This document shows, in pieces, positions 13,404 through 24,659 of a stretch of 64,000 nucleotides of DNA; position 1 is the stretch's first letter, and each line of letters opens with the position of its first letter. The translations under genes were made by a program, and so were the position numbers. The notes beneath the pieces were generated by a model, which did not search any database, was not told the DNA's origin, and saw only the letters and a program-made list of their open reading frames with translations. The stretch lies in contig NC_059428.1 of NCBI RefSeq assembly GCF_021028975.2, positions 992,001 through 1,056,000 of the forward strand. The letters are read 5' to 3'. This DNA comes from Sphaerodactylus townsendi (Eukaryota).

Positions 13404-14067
13404 TGCTTGAACAGAACGTTATGCAACAAGAGAAAAGTGTTCAATTAATTGCAGGAAGCCCTGCCTCTGGGAATGCTGTAGTGGAGGGGCCCCTGCTTGC
13501 TCTTGGGACAGAGCCGGTGCCTGTGTTTGCATCGTCCCTTGGAGTTTATTGGCCTGTGATGGTGTGTTATCTTGCATTGAAGTTAACTCCCAAGCTCCCA
13601 GGGAGAGGTCCCCCCTAAATCCTCTGCAGGGTGTTAACCAGTTCCCTGGTCTTTTTGTTGGTTTGTTTTTTATTTGCTATGTTTATTTTTTAAAGATTTA
13701 TTTTCATTATAAATATAATCAGAACACAAAGAAAGTGTGACTCAAAGCAAATATTGCAATTATATTAGAAGGCTAAGGAAAAGAAATTGTGCATATTGAT
13801 ATTATACAAGACAATCTGATAAATAATGGATGCTAGATTGTAATAGTAGTTACTGCTAATAGTTAATGACTGAGGGAAGTGCCGAGGCTTTTCCTGTCCC
13901 TTATTGGCCAGGAGTCTGTCCCCGAGTGCCTTTCTGCCTCTGCAGCAGTCCTGTGGGAAGGGAGCTCTGGGTTGGAGCTGTTCTTTACGCCTAGCTGCCT
14001 TGACTGAGCCAAGATGCCAGCAGTTACATTCTCTCCTCTCGTCCCCCTTCTCCCTGATGAACCGCAG

Positions 14068-14173
14068 CGTGTGGCTTTCTGCCTTTTGAAGGAAGCTTTT
14101 GGTATCAACTGGAACACTGAGAAGGGCCAGGTGATTCTGAAGCGCACCACACCGGACTACTTCCTGCTGCAAG
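14068..14173 (+). CDS. SAE1: SAE1 exon 6
   Basis: RVAFCLLKEAFGINWNTEKGQVILKRTTPDYFLLQ; cgcag acceptor, GTAAG donor. Confidence 0.93.
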
Positions 14174-14234
14174 GTAAGGTGCCCCCTTGAAGTTGGCATG
14201 GGTGGGTGCAAGGAACTGGCCTCATTGTATAGAA

Positions 14235-14590
14235 CAGGGGTCTGCAACCTGCACCTCCGGAGGCTCCGCGTAGCCTTGAGGCCAGAGCAGTTGCTATCCC
14301 CCCTCTGCCATCCTCACAGCCACCATCCCCTCTCTGCCCCACGGAGCAGGCAGCTGCCTTCTCCGTCGGGCAGAGGGAGTTTCCCTGCCCAGCGCCTCCA
14401 CCTCCCAGTGCTGGAAGGAAAGGTGAGTGGAGGGGCTGAACCAGATGGACTCTGGTCTGATCCAGCTGGCTTGCTCTTATGTTCTTAGAGGCGGCTCCAT
14501 GCGCAGCCACCTCTCAGGCTTGGTAGATCTTCAGGGCCGTGGAAAACAGGTCCAAATGGCTCTTTGAGTGGTAAAGGTTGCTGAACCCTG
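14235..14590. mobile_element. Non-autonomous hAT element with an internal CR1 3'-tail fragment
   Basis: CAGGG...CCCTG termini; perfect 8-bp TSD GTATAGAA; CR1 tail-like sequence about 14440-14487. Confidence 0.75.
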
Positions 14591-15414
14591 GTATAGAAGA
14601 TGTGGACAGCATTGTGGACAGTCATATTGTCCTGGAGGCCATGTGACTTGTGGCCAGCCATGGAGCTGTGTCCAGCTAGCGGGCACGTGGGTCTTGCAGG
14701 TCCAAGGAGCAGAGGAGGTACAGAAAGGGCTGATAGGGGAATAAAGAGTGAGCTGTGTGTTGTTGTGGGCCAGTTTTCCTAAGCCAGGGCTTTGCTCTCC
14801 CCACTTGGCATCATGCTGAGCACAGAGGGTGTTGGTCCAAATGGGACAGGCACAGCTCTTCCCTCTCCCTCCTCGTGGGTTGGGGGCTGCTGTTCCCTTT
14901 GATGTCACTTCCATCAGAGCAATGATTTCTCAATTCCGAAATGATTGTTTCCTCCATCCTCAGAGTAGATGGGGAGATCAGTCCCAGAGAGGTTTGCCAC
15001 CTGCTTTGGTCTAAAGGCGGAAGCGCTTGGACCTTGCTTAGAGGGGGCTGCCGCAGATCCCCTGGAGGTCAGTTCAGTGGGAATGTAACCCTGAGACGAG
15101 GGTGGGGGACTCTTGCCCAGCCCCTTGTGAAAGTGGAGTCTGCAGGGCTGGGAGGGAGAGGTGTGCCACTTCCTTTTTTGCCAGGACAAAGAGCAGCCAA
15201 GTGGGCGCTGCTACCCATTCCCCTGTGCTAGTAGGTCGTGAATGAAGGAATGGTCGTTATGGGTGGTGCCTGTGACTAGAAGTTAGTGGGACATGGTAGC
15301 CATGGCAATCAAAAAATTACTTCTGGAGCAGCCCCCTTCTATTCTCTTCTGCCAGGGCCAGGCAGAGAGTCATCTCCCCTGCTCAGTGTCACCCCAGTGA
15401 CAGACATCCTAGGG

Positions 15415-15562
15415 CACTGGTGGCGAACCTATGGCACTCCAGATGTTCATGGATTACAGTTCCCATCAGCCCCTGCTAGCATAGCCAATTGGCCATTATG
15501 GCAGGGGCTGATGGGAACTGTAGTCCATGAACATCTGGAGTGCCATAGGTTCGCCACCTCTG
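15415..15562. mobile_element. Palindromic hAT MITE
   Basis: Hairpin related to the 9485 element; perfect 8-bp TSD TCCTAGGG. Confidence 0.85.
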
Positions 15563-15574
15563 TCCTAGGGTTTT

Positions 15575-16228
15575 TTCAAAGGCTTTCATGGCCGGGTCCA
15601 ACTGATTGTGGTGGGTTTTCCAGGCTGTGTGGCCGTGGTCTGGTGGATCTTGTTCCTAACGTTTCGCCTGCATCTGTGGCCAACATCTTCAGAGGTGTAT
15701 CATAGAGGGAAGTCTGGTACACACTGTGTCTAGTGAGAAGGGAATGTTTAGTGGGGTATATATTGTCCATGTCCCAGGGTGGGGAACCGATCAGTAAGCG
15801 TTTGGATGGAACTTGTTATGCAAAGGTGTGGTTAAGTGCATTGTATTGCGGGTGGGGTTATCTGTCCCATTTTTAAAGTACTGGTAGCCAAGCTTTGTTA
15901 ATTCTCAGAATCTCTTCTTTCTTGTTGAAGTTGTCTTGGGGTTTCTGAATTTCTATGGCCTCCCTGTGCACTGACATAGTAACCATCCAAATTGTCCAGA
16001 ATTTCAGTGTTTTCAAATAAAATGTTATGTCAAAACCCCACTAAACTTTCCCTTCTCATTAGACACAGTGTGTAACAGACTTCTCTCTGTGATACACCTC
16101 TGAAGATGCCAGCCACAGATGCAGGCAAAACGTTAGGAATAAAGGCGGGCACGTTAGGAATAAAGGCGGGAATAAAGATCCACCAGACCACGGCCACACA
16201 CACAGGCCGGAAAGCCCACCACAACCAT
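15575..16228 (-). mobile_element. Penelope-like element 3' end with an inverted pseudo-LTR copy
   Basis: About 15605-15755 and 16030-16228 are inverted copies; the interior encodes on minus a degenerate GIY-YIG C-terminus (HNILFENTEILDN...REAIEIQK); hammerhead-core motif present. Confidence 0.8.
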
Positions 16229-16751
16229 CCTAGGGCTTGCTTCCTAGGTTTCCACAGCTGAATGCCAGTTCAGGGTTGCCTGTGGGGGGAGGGCTTCTTC
16301 CAGCCGTAGTAGAGCAGTGCTCTGCAAAGATGCAAGCTGGGCGGCTGCTACCTCTCAGGGTCTCTTTACCAGATACTTCCTGGTTTCTGGATGAAGCAGA
16401 AGGAAGGGACCAGTGATGGGTTTCCCCAGCCCCTCCTTGCAGCCCTCGTCACAGAAGGCTCAGCAGTGAGTGTTGGCTTCTGGGAGTGGAAAGGGTTGTC
16501 GGCCTGGGAGTGAGTCTGCGCTTCCATTCCACACTCCTGCTCCTAAAACCACAGAATATTCTCATCTTGAGGTGATGTTAAGGACACAAAGAGAGCCAAA
16601 TACAGTGAAGAGTGGATGTTGCTGTTCACAAGGTCAATTAAGACAGTGGCGATTTCAACCCTCACTTGTTAATGAGGGCTTCTCGGGGGTTGTTTTGGAG
16701 ACTGTCTGCTTAAAGGCCTCTGATGCCTTCTTTCACTCCTTTTACTTGTAG

Positions 16752-16896
16752 TGCTCCTGGAATTCCGGACAAAAAAAGGTCGTGATCCTTCACCTCTGGG
16801 CTACACTGAAGATGCAGAGATGCTTCTGCAGACGCGCACAGATGTGCTAGATTCCCTAGGTGTTGGAGCTGACTTGCTTCCTGACGACTTTGCCAG
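16752..16896 (+). CDS. SAE1: SAE1 exon 7
   Basis: VLLEFRTKKGRDP...LLPDDFA; canonical splice sites. Confidence 0.94.
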
Positions 16897-17507
16897 GTGC
16901 GTAGGAGTTTGCGGTGGATCCTGCAGTGCAGGGGACAGAGGGCCCCTCTCAGTCTGGGGCGGGATTCTGTGCTACTGCCTTGTCAAGTGTAGAGTAGTGG
17001 TGCCGCTGTGGGTCTCTCTGGCTTTTGGGGGCTTGGTGCCACTCTGGACACTGGACCTGCCACAGGGAGTCCAGTCAGGATGGCATCCCTCTCCCAAAGG
17101 GGCCCGTTACTTTCACGAGCCCAGGGCTGTCTGCAGAGCGAGTGCTGAGTGCTGCTTGCCTGGCCCAAAGACCCGCAGCAGCCTCCCCACGACTTCTCCG
17201 CTGGCAAGAACTGGGGAAGCTGCTCGCTCAAACATTGTGCCGCAGAGGAGTGGGGAGGCTGGATGTCAGCAGATGGTCTGGAAAGCCCGTTTGGGAGTTG
17301 ACTGGCCTTTCCTGAGCAGGCTCTTGCAGCCCCGGAGGTGAGTGCCTGCGCAGTCAGTGCTCGGGGGCTTTATGTAGCAGGGCTGGCTGGAGGCTGATTG
17401 TGTGGGACTGGGCTGGCGGGGTGCCCTTGGTCTTCTCCAGCAATGCCCAGGGGCATTTCCTTCATCACCAGTCTGCATTCCTCCTTATTTGAGTCTCTCT
17501 CTTTTAG

Positions 17508-17577
17508 CTGCTGCTTTTCAGAAATGGCTTCTGTCTGTGCTGTAGTTGGCGGAGTGCTGGGGCAGGAGATCGTCAAG
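17508..17577 (+). CDS. SAE1: SAE1 exon 8
   Basis: CCFSEMASVCAVVGGVLGQEIVK; GTAAG donor. Confidence 0.95.
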
Positions 17578-17709
17578 GTAAGGAGTTCTTGTGTCTGGAT
17601 GCTGGAGTGTTTTGTCTTCCCTGCCTCTGGACCCTCCTTGGGGAGGGTGGTGGAATCTGCCCATCACCATCTGGCTGTTTCATTTGGTTGATCTCCCCTC
17701 TCCTTCTAG

Positions 17710-17802
17710 GCATTGTCACAGCGGGACACACCCCTCAACAACTTCTTTTTCTTCGATGGCATGAAGGGCAATGGGATTGTGGAGTGCCTGGCCCCAAGCT
17801 GA
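17710..17802 (+). CDS. SAE1: SAE1 exon 9 (stop)
   Basis: ALSQRDTPLNNFFFFDGMKGNGIVECLAPS*. Confidence 0.95.
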   Translation, partial: ALSQRDTPLNNFFFFDGMKGNGIVECLAPS

Positions 17803-17948
17803 CACCCCCATACCCGTCTGGTATTCTTGCAAGTGACCCCTTGGCCTACCTGGGTGATTGGAGCAGAGGGCCAGGCAGGCATCCCAAGGCTGAACCCCCC
17901 CCCCCCCCCCCGCTTTTACACAGCTTGTCTCTGATATCGTAGTTCTCC

Positions 17949-17954
17949 AATAAA
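17949..17954 (+). terminator. SAE1 polyadenylation signal
   Basis: AATAAA about 150 nt after the stop, followed by GT-rich sequence. Confidence 0.7.
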
Positions 17955-19024
17955 CTCTAGTCTTTGCATAACCAGTCTCTTGTGTAGTGGATCAGTTGGT
18001 ACAATGTGGTTTGTCTGTGTAAAATACTGTGTGTCCATCCAGTGCATCCTTCCTCCCCCTCCAGGTGCAGCTGACCTTAGGCTGGTTAAAGAAGCCCAGA
18101 CCTGAAAGAGCACGCAGAGTATTGAAGCCAACCCCACTCCCATGAATTATAATGCTGGGTTGCTGTCCCATCTCTAGCTGAAGGCAGCCTCCTGCCCCAT
18201 TAATCAGTCCTTGAGCTTTTCTGGCACCTGAAAGGCTACTTTAGGGGTTCAGCAGGCTGGCTGAGCCCCCCCCCCCTTCCCAGCTCCTCACTGTATTCCT
18301 CTGAAACTCTTATGTGGTGCCTGGAGTAGGAAGCTGTCCCCCCAGGTTGGCGTGGAGCTCTTTTGCCCCCACCTCCCATTCCACTTGCCAGTGACTGTTT
18401 TTGTAAGACTTTCTGCCCCACTTGATATCCCTGATGCTAGAACCACACCTGAGGCGTCCCTCTCTTCTCCACTACAGCCCGTCCACCTGCTTGCATGGAA
18501 CTGGCAAACTGGGGCAGCTTAGTAACTTGTGTTAGCCAGCTAGCACTGCATTCACTGCAAGTGGGGCAGGGTGGGGGGTATCTTGCTCTGATAACCACCC
18601 AATGAGGCTGGCCTGGGCTCATGGGAGCAATCGGGGCTACCTGAGCTTCTCTCTTGGCCTTGGAGTGGCACCAGTGCCATTAAGGCCCTCTAGGGCTCCT
18701 GGTGTCAGAGTCGTCCGTTCTTTTCCCCCTCTGGCAACATTGCATGGTAGCTTGGGGGGAAAATATGTGCTTCTCCTCGGTCTCAGTGGCTGCAGCTTCT
18801 TTAAAAAGCCACGCGGGGTCTAACCATTTGTTAAGAACCTCATTTTCCTTGGAGAAGTCTGCCCTCTTTCAGTCCTGAACTGCCCCATTCTCCCCCGGGG
18901 GGGGAGGGGTGTTAACTGGGCGTAGCAAAGCACAAGACTGACTCCCACCAAAGCAAGAAGCACCACAAGCGGGGGGCCCTCCCACCCCAGGAGGGGCTTT
19001 AGTGCTACTGATTAACTCTCCAGT

Positions 19025-19030
19025 TTTATT
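19025..19030 (-). terminator. BBC3 polyadenylation signal
   Basis: Minus-strand AATAAA about 500 nt after the BBC3 stop. Confidence 0.65.
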
Positions 19031-19531
19031 GAAAAGGAAACATACAAAATTCTCCCCCCACAAGGTACAGACAAAATCCCCTCAAGTATGTACAAGTAGC
19101 ACCAAGGTATCCTCAGACCAGGTCTCCCAGACCCCCTTGCTTGCCATACGCACGTATATACATCTGCAGTCCCTGCTTCGCACAGGGCACAGGCCGCCTT
19201 TCTTGGCAGAGAAAGGCCCCGGGGACTGCCCGCGTAGCTCTCCCCACCCCCCATCTGTACAGGCTCAATGAGCAATATTCACATAGTGCTAACTTCATGC
19301 GCCTTGGCGAATAGATCTCCTAAGGCACTGCTGGGCAGGGGCACAAGGGAGCAGCGGCTGCCCCTCTCTCTGAGCGCGGGGTGGCCTTTGATGCGCTGTG
19401 TTGCATTCTAGTCCAGGGTTGGGGGAGAGAGAAGCAGGTAGCAGCATTGGTGCTTGCGTGCCCAAGGTGTGTCCATCCAAGTCCATGTCAGGCTGATCTT
19501 CCTCCTGGCCAGCAGGAGGAGAATTCTGGGG

Positions 19532-19651
19532 CTAGTTGGGTCCAAGGCCCACCCCCTGTTCCACTGGCAAGTTGTAGAAGATGCCCAGCAGCTGGAAGAT
19601 GAAGTGGTACAGGGGCTCCCAGGCAGGATGCCTCTGCTGCCGTCGCTGCTG
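19532..19651 (-). CDS. BBC3: BBC3/PUMA last coding exon
   Basis: Polypyrimidine + TAG acceptor; QQRRQQRHPAWEPLYHFIFQLLGIFYNLPVEQGVGLGPN*, resembling the PUMA C-terminal membrane-targeting tail (ends in PN). Confidence 0.85.
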   Translation of the reverse strand, partial: QQRRQQRHPAWEPLYHFIFQLLGIFYNLPVEQGVGLGPN

Positions 19652-19951
19652 CTAGAAGAGAGGGAGGGAGATGAAAAAAGGATCCCAACAAGCTGCCCCC
19701 TCCCCTGAGAGCAGACAGCAGCAGGTCCCACACACCGCCGCCGCGGCTCTGCTGGTTGAGCCCAGCCTTGCATCCCCAGGCTATTTATAGGCCGTGAGTC
19801 ACCAGTGGAGCCCTGCCCATCTCTCGGAGCAAACAAGCCAGGGCAGGAGGCCGGCCGGCTTGGGGGCTCAGGGGGCTCCAACCCAGAGAGGAGGGCAGCT
19901 GGCAGCCCTGTGGCCAAGGAGATACCCTCCGGTGGGTGGCCTGCAACTCAC

Positions 19952-20136
19952 CTGACGTCCTCGTTGATGCTCTCGATGGAACTGGTCTCCCATGTGGCGA
20001 AGGCGGGCCCCCAGCGCCTGCTCCAGGCTGGGCACTGTGCTCCTGGGGAGGTACCCGTTGGGCTGTGTTGCCAGCTGCGGGGGCTGTTCTGTGGGGAGCT
20101 CCTGCCTCGGGCTGCTTCCTAGGTCCACCAGGCTGC
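19952..20136 (-). CDS. BBC3: BBC3/PUMA BH3-containing exon
   Basis: LEQALGARLRHMGDQFHREH BH3 motif; tttgtag acceptor, CAG|GTGAGT donor; phase 1 to 0. Confidence 0.9.
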
Positions 20137-20992
20137 CTACAAAGGAAGCAGGAAACATCCTCAGGACAGGAAGGCCAGGGGGAGGCAGGGGAAGAGGAAT
20201 CCCCCACACACACTGCAGGTTGAGGGGGGAGGGGAACGCATCTCCAGTTGCCCTGGTAACCACTGCCTGGTGCATCCCAGCAGGAGCATTTCAGGACACA
20301 GCCTCCAGCTTGGCTGACGTCCCCCCCCCCACCCCCCAGCACTTTGTCCTGGGATATGTCAGAGACCAGCAGGCACCCTTCTGTGCAATGCAGTGGTGCG
20401 CGCGCACACACACACACACAGTGTCCAGGGGTGCATCCTTCGATTTTGGGGTGGGGGGCTTGGCTGCTCTTCTCACTTCCCAATCCCAGTTAAGTTTGAT
20501 GAGTCAGCATATCCCGGTTGGGATAAGGGGGGTGGGGCAGGTTCACCTAAGGGGGGGGGGGAAGAACAGAGCTGCTCTAGTCATGGAATCCCTGGCTCAA
20601 GGGTGCAAAACAAAGGTGGGGGGGTGCTCTAAGGATGCTCAGCTGGCTCTCTGCCCCCCCCTCGGCAGGATGAATGCCAGACTGGGATGTCCCGCAGGCA
20701 GGAGCCGCCCGCGGCACCTGCCTTGGACAGAGAATTCCTCGCGACGGGGTGGGCTGCCAGGCGCTGCCACGCCGTTTTGTTTGGCGATCCGTGGCAGCTA
20801 AGGGGGAGCAGAGCGACGACCCTCCCCCGGCAGAACGTAGGCGGGGAAAATGATTTCTGCTGCCGGGGCTCAAGCACACCTCCTTCTGTCGCCAAAGTTT
20901 CCCCCCACACTCTAAACATAGGCAGAGGTCCCGCCCACATCCCGGAGGCCCGCGGGAAAGGAGCGTTCCCCGCGCCGCGCCGCGCCACTCAC

Positions 20993-21227
20993 CGTGTGCC
21001 TCGCCGGTGCGGCTCCGGGGCGGCTGCTGGCCCCGCATGCAGAGGTGGAGCGCGTGAGGGTGCGGTGCGCCGGGGCACAGGGAGCAGTTTAGCCTGGGCG
21101 GCCGGCCGAGCGGGCTCCGGCAGACGGGGGGCGGCACGGCCACCGTCCCCCCCAGAGGGAAGCCTGGGCTCCCGGGCACAGCAGCGGTCGGCTCGGTGCG
21201 GCTCCCGTCCTGCAGCGGTCTGGCCAT
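20993..21227 (-). CDS. BBC3: BBC3/PUMA first coding exon
   Basis: MARPLQDGSRTEP...FPLG...CSLCPG resembles PUMA MARARQEGSSPEP...FPLG...CGLCEP; acceptor 15 nt before ATG; GTGAGT donor; position between SAE1 and CCDC9. Confidence 0.88.
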
Positions 21228-21347
21228 GGCACTCGGGCAGATCTGCGGAAGGACGCGGTCGGTCGGTCGGTCAGCTCCCATCTCCCGTCGGTGCTCGCTA
21301 GGGGACGGCCCAGCGGAATCGCGCCCGCCCCCCCTCCCGCCGGGTTT

Positions 21348-21355
21348 GTAAACAA
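21348..21355. promoter_or_regulatory. FOXO-binding element in BBC3 intron 1
   Basis: GTAAACAA (TTGTTTAC) perfect match; intron lies between the non-coding exon donor (GTAAGT at 21451) and the acceptor at 21243. Confidence 0.65.
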
Positions 21356-21693
21356 ACCCAGCCGCGGCGCGCCAGAGCGCGGACGACGCCCTGCTCCGCT
21401 GCAGCCACGTGCGCCCGCGGAGTACCGCCAAGCCCCCGACGGCGCACTTACTGCAGCTGCATGAACCCTCCGGGGGCGGCTGGGGGGGATCGGGCGGGCA
21501 GCGGGGAGGCAAAAGAGCCAGCGAGCGCGGCGGCGGCGGCGGACGGCGCGGGCCAGGAAGGACCGGACAGCCGCGCCACCCAGCTGGAGCTGCGGCTGCA
21601 AGAAACTCGCGGCGAGGCAGCCGGGCGCGCGCTCCCCCAGCTGCAGAGCCCCCGGCCCCGCCCCCCGCGTCACCAAGCCCCGCCCCCTCTCCC

Positions 21694-21713
21694 AGGCAAG
21701 TTCGGGCTTGTGC
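21694..21713. promoter_or_regulatory. p53 response element of BBC3
   Basis: AGGCAAGTTC GGGCTTGTGC: two adjacent RRRCWWGYYY half-sites, no spacer, 1 mismatch, just upstream of BBC3 non-coding exon 1. Confidence 0.85.
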
Positions 21714-24659
21714 CAGGGCCGGGGATCCCCGCCGGACGCGGAGGCGGTCGTTCCCCTGCCGCTCTCCCGCTGCCTGCCTGCCGTCCTGATGCTGGGGGAC
21801 GCTGGCCCTCTGGCAGTATGCTCTACTGGGGCCGGGAGTCCCTGGCGTCCGCTTTCCTTCGGCTGGCCCACCTCACAGGGTTGTTGTGAGGACGCACACA
21901 TTCCTCCGCACAGCCCTGACCGGTGCGGCAGGAGGCCAGTGCTGTGGCACAGGCCGCAGAGCGGATCGAGAGCTGGCAAGGACCGCGCCAGCACTGGGGC
22001 AGGCCGCAGAGCCCCTGTATCTGGACAGGGCGTGGGGCTGAAGCTGGATTGACAGGCCGCCTCCCTGCCTTCCTGGGCTGAGGCGGGAGGCGGGCGGAGG
22101 AGGTCTAAGGGATTCCCAGGGGCCGCCTTCTCCCCCGCCGCCAGGCCTCCGGGCCAGCAGGTCATCCTCGCTGCTGGGAGGAGAAGACGGCGTGGGGTTG
22201 TGTAGCTGGTCGGACCGGACCCAGGGAGATGGGGGCGCCCTGCGCTCCTGGGCCTACTTTCAGCAGTTGCTGCCTGTCGCCCCTGAAGGCGGCCTTGCTC
22301 CTCCGTCGAAGATTCGAAGCCCCCCCCCCCAAAGGGAGGGCGGGTACCCCAGGGACTTTCCACCCCACAGGGCAGGACCAGTGGCCGCGACACTTGGCTG
22401 AGCTGCGGACCCTACCCCCCCTCCCAACACCAACCCCAGAGCAGGGCTCTGCCCTCCTCCTCGGCAGTCCCCACGTGATCCACCCCCACCCCCCCAATTC
22501 ATGGGGTGAGACTAGCCAGCGCTTTGCGGAGGCTCCCATCTGGGTGACCGCACCCACCCGGGGGGGGGGGGAGGAGGGCGTTTGGATGCAACTGTCCGGC
22601 GGGCCCGTGTCTGGAGCGCGCTCCGCAGCACGGCCACAGCGTCAGGCCCGCGCCGGCAACCCCGTGCCCTTGGCCGCCGCAGCCGTTGCAGGAGAGCCGC
22701 TGCCGCACCCTCCGCCCCGCCCCGCCCCGCCCCGTGCCCTCCAGTCGACGCCGCTTGGCTGGTTGAGCAGAAACGCCGCCGAGCCAACGAGAGCCCCGTT
22801 GCAAGGCCGGGCAGGCGGCGCCCAGCCAATGGCAGCGCGCGGCGCCTGTCTCCAGCGCCGCCCGCCCGCCCCGCAGCCGGCTCTGTTGACATCATTGGCT
22901 CTTCTCCGCGGCACGAGGGGGGGCGGGCCTGCCACACACGCCTCCCCGGGCACGAGGAACGCCGCGCTGGCGGCTGCAGCACGAGGTGAGTTTGCCCAGT
23001 GACAGCGCCGCGGCCACTCAGCGAAGGCCCGCCCGGCGATGATGTCATCCCTGGGGGCTGCGGGCGGGGGGGACGGAAGAAATATCCAGGGGCGCGCAAG
23101 GTGGCCGCACGCAGGGGGCCCGGCTGGCCTGACACTGCTGATGCGGGGGCTCCTCCGGGGTCCGCGCTGGACAGACCCTCCCCGGCGAGTGCAAGGCCAA
23201 GAAGCACCAGGCACACGACGAGAGCCGCCAGCCCGATGCAGCGGGTTCGGTCCCCCTCTTGGATCTGGAGTGGAAGCTGGCTGTGCGGCCTCAGGCTAGT
23301 CTCAGACACGCTTAGCCTAGCCTATCTGGCAGGGTTGTTGTTGTGAGTAGGAAACAGAGGCAAAGAGATTCATATAAGCCATCTTGGATCCCCACTGGGC
23401 AGAAAGGTGACAGAGGTCCCCCAAGTGAATCCATAAAATAAATCGTGGGCTGCCCCAGTGGGATCAGGCCCCACGTTTGCCAGCAGCCACGGAGGGTCAG
23501 GCAGCTGCACTCCAGAAACCCCTCGATCAGAGCCAGGCCTCAAGTGAAGCATCCTCTTCCCTGCCATGGCCTGCCGGAAGCTTTTGGATAGCAAGCGTGG
23601 CCTGCTTCTATTCTTCCCAGAAGGCGGGGTGGGGGCACAGGTTGCAACTTCCGGGGAATACCACTTTTCTTCTCCTCAGACAGGTTGCCACGGCCCTCCT
23701 AGGCAGGCCACTTTCATTCTACAGAAATGAGGGCAAAGAAAAAGTGCTTGTCTAAAGATTTGCCCAGGCTGGGGGAGGGCTTAGAGGAGCTTTTGAACTG
23801 CGGTGCATTGTGCAGAGGCGCGGATTTCCTCGGACTCTCCTGCCCAGTGTGGCCCTTGTTGTGGGTTCAAATCCCTGGCCAGCCGCCATTCAGGGCTGTT
23901 GATATCCTTGGGGATAGGCGGCCCTTAAACTTGGAGGAGAGTTGGGGCTCCGTAGCCACAGAAGACAGTCAGGCACGGTTCAGCATCGCTCCTCCATTTC
24001 TGTCAGCAACGGGCGGGTGGGGGTCCTCTCTGGACCCAACTGCACCAGGTGAAGGGGGCTGAAGTCAGAAGCTGCCTTCTCCCAAGCCCCAGACAGAGCA
24101 AGGTGTGTGCTTGTGTGTATGAGAGGGGGACATTCCACCCCCCTCTGGAGGAGACACTGCTGACTGGCCGACTGGCGAGGGAGTTGGGCTGAGCGCCTGC
24201 CGGTTCCACTAGGCTGCCTGGCATCTCCCCCCCCTCCCATTTTCATTGGCTATGCAGGGCTGCGCGCAGCCATTCAGCTCGGAGTACGCGCTTGTTTCCA
24301 GAGTAATGCGCTGCTGAGGCAACACGGCTGGCTGCTGCAGGAGAGCAACCCTCAACCCCCCCCCCCCACAAAAAGTCCGCGCAGCTACTGCGGGGAGGGA
24401 GGATGCAGCAGGTGGGCGAGGCTATGGCCAGTGTGTGTGTGTGGGGGGTGGGGGGAGCGGATCTCCTCCAGCCTACAGAGGCAGCTCATCACTGGGGCTG
24501 CAAGCAGTGTGCGTGCTCCCCCCGCCCCAGAGCCAGGCCGGCTCAGCCGGGACACTACGGCACTCCGCACTCCCTGCTGCTTGGCGCACGAGGTCCACAG
24601 CATCCCCCTGCTCGCGGGGGCTTGTGGGAAACTCCCTAAACTCGGCATGGGGATTCCCC

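Noticed and set aside
19295-19504. Alternative BBC3 last exon (EEDQPDMD...)
   Set aside because: The exon at 19651-19532 has a stronger acceptor and a PUMA-like C-terminus
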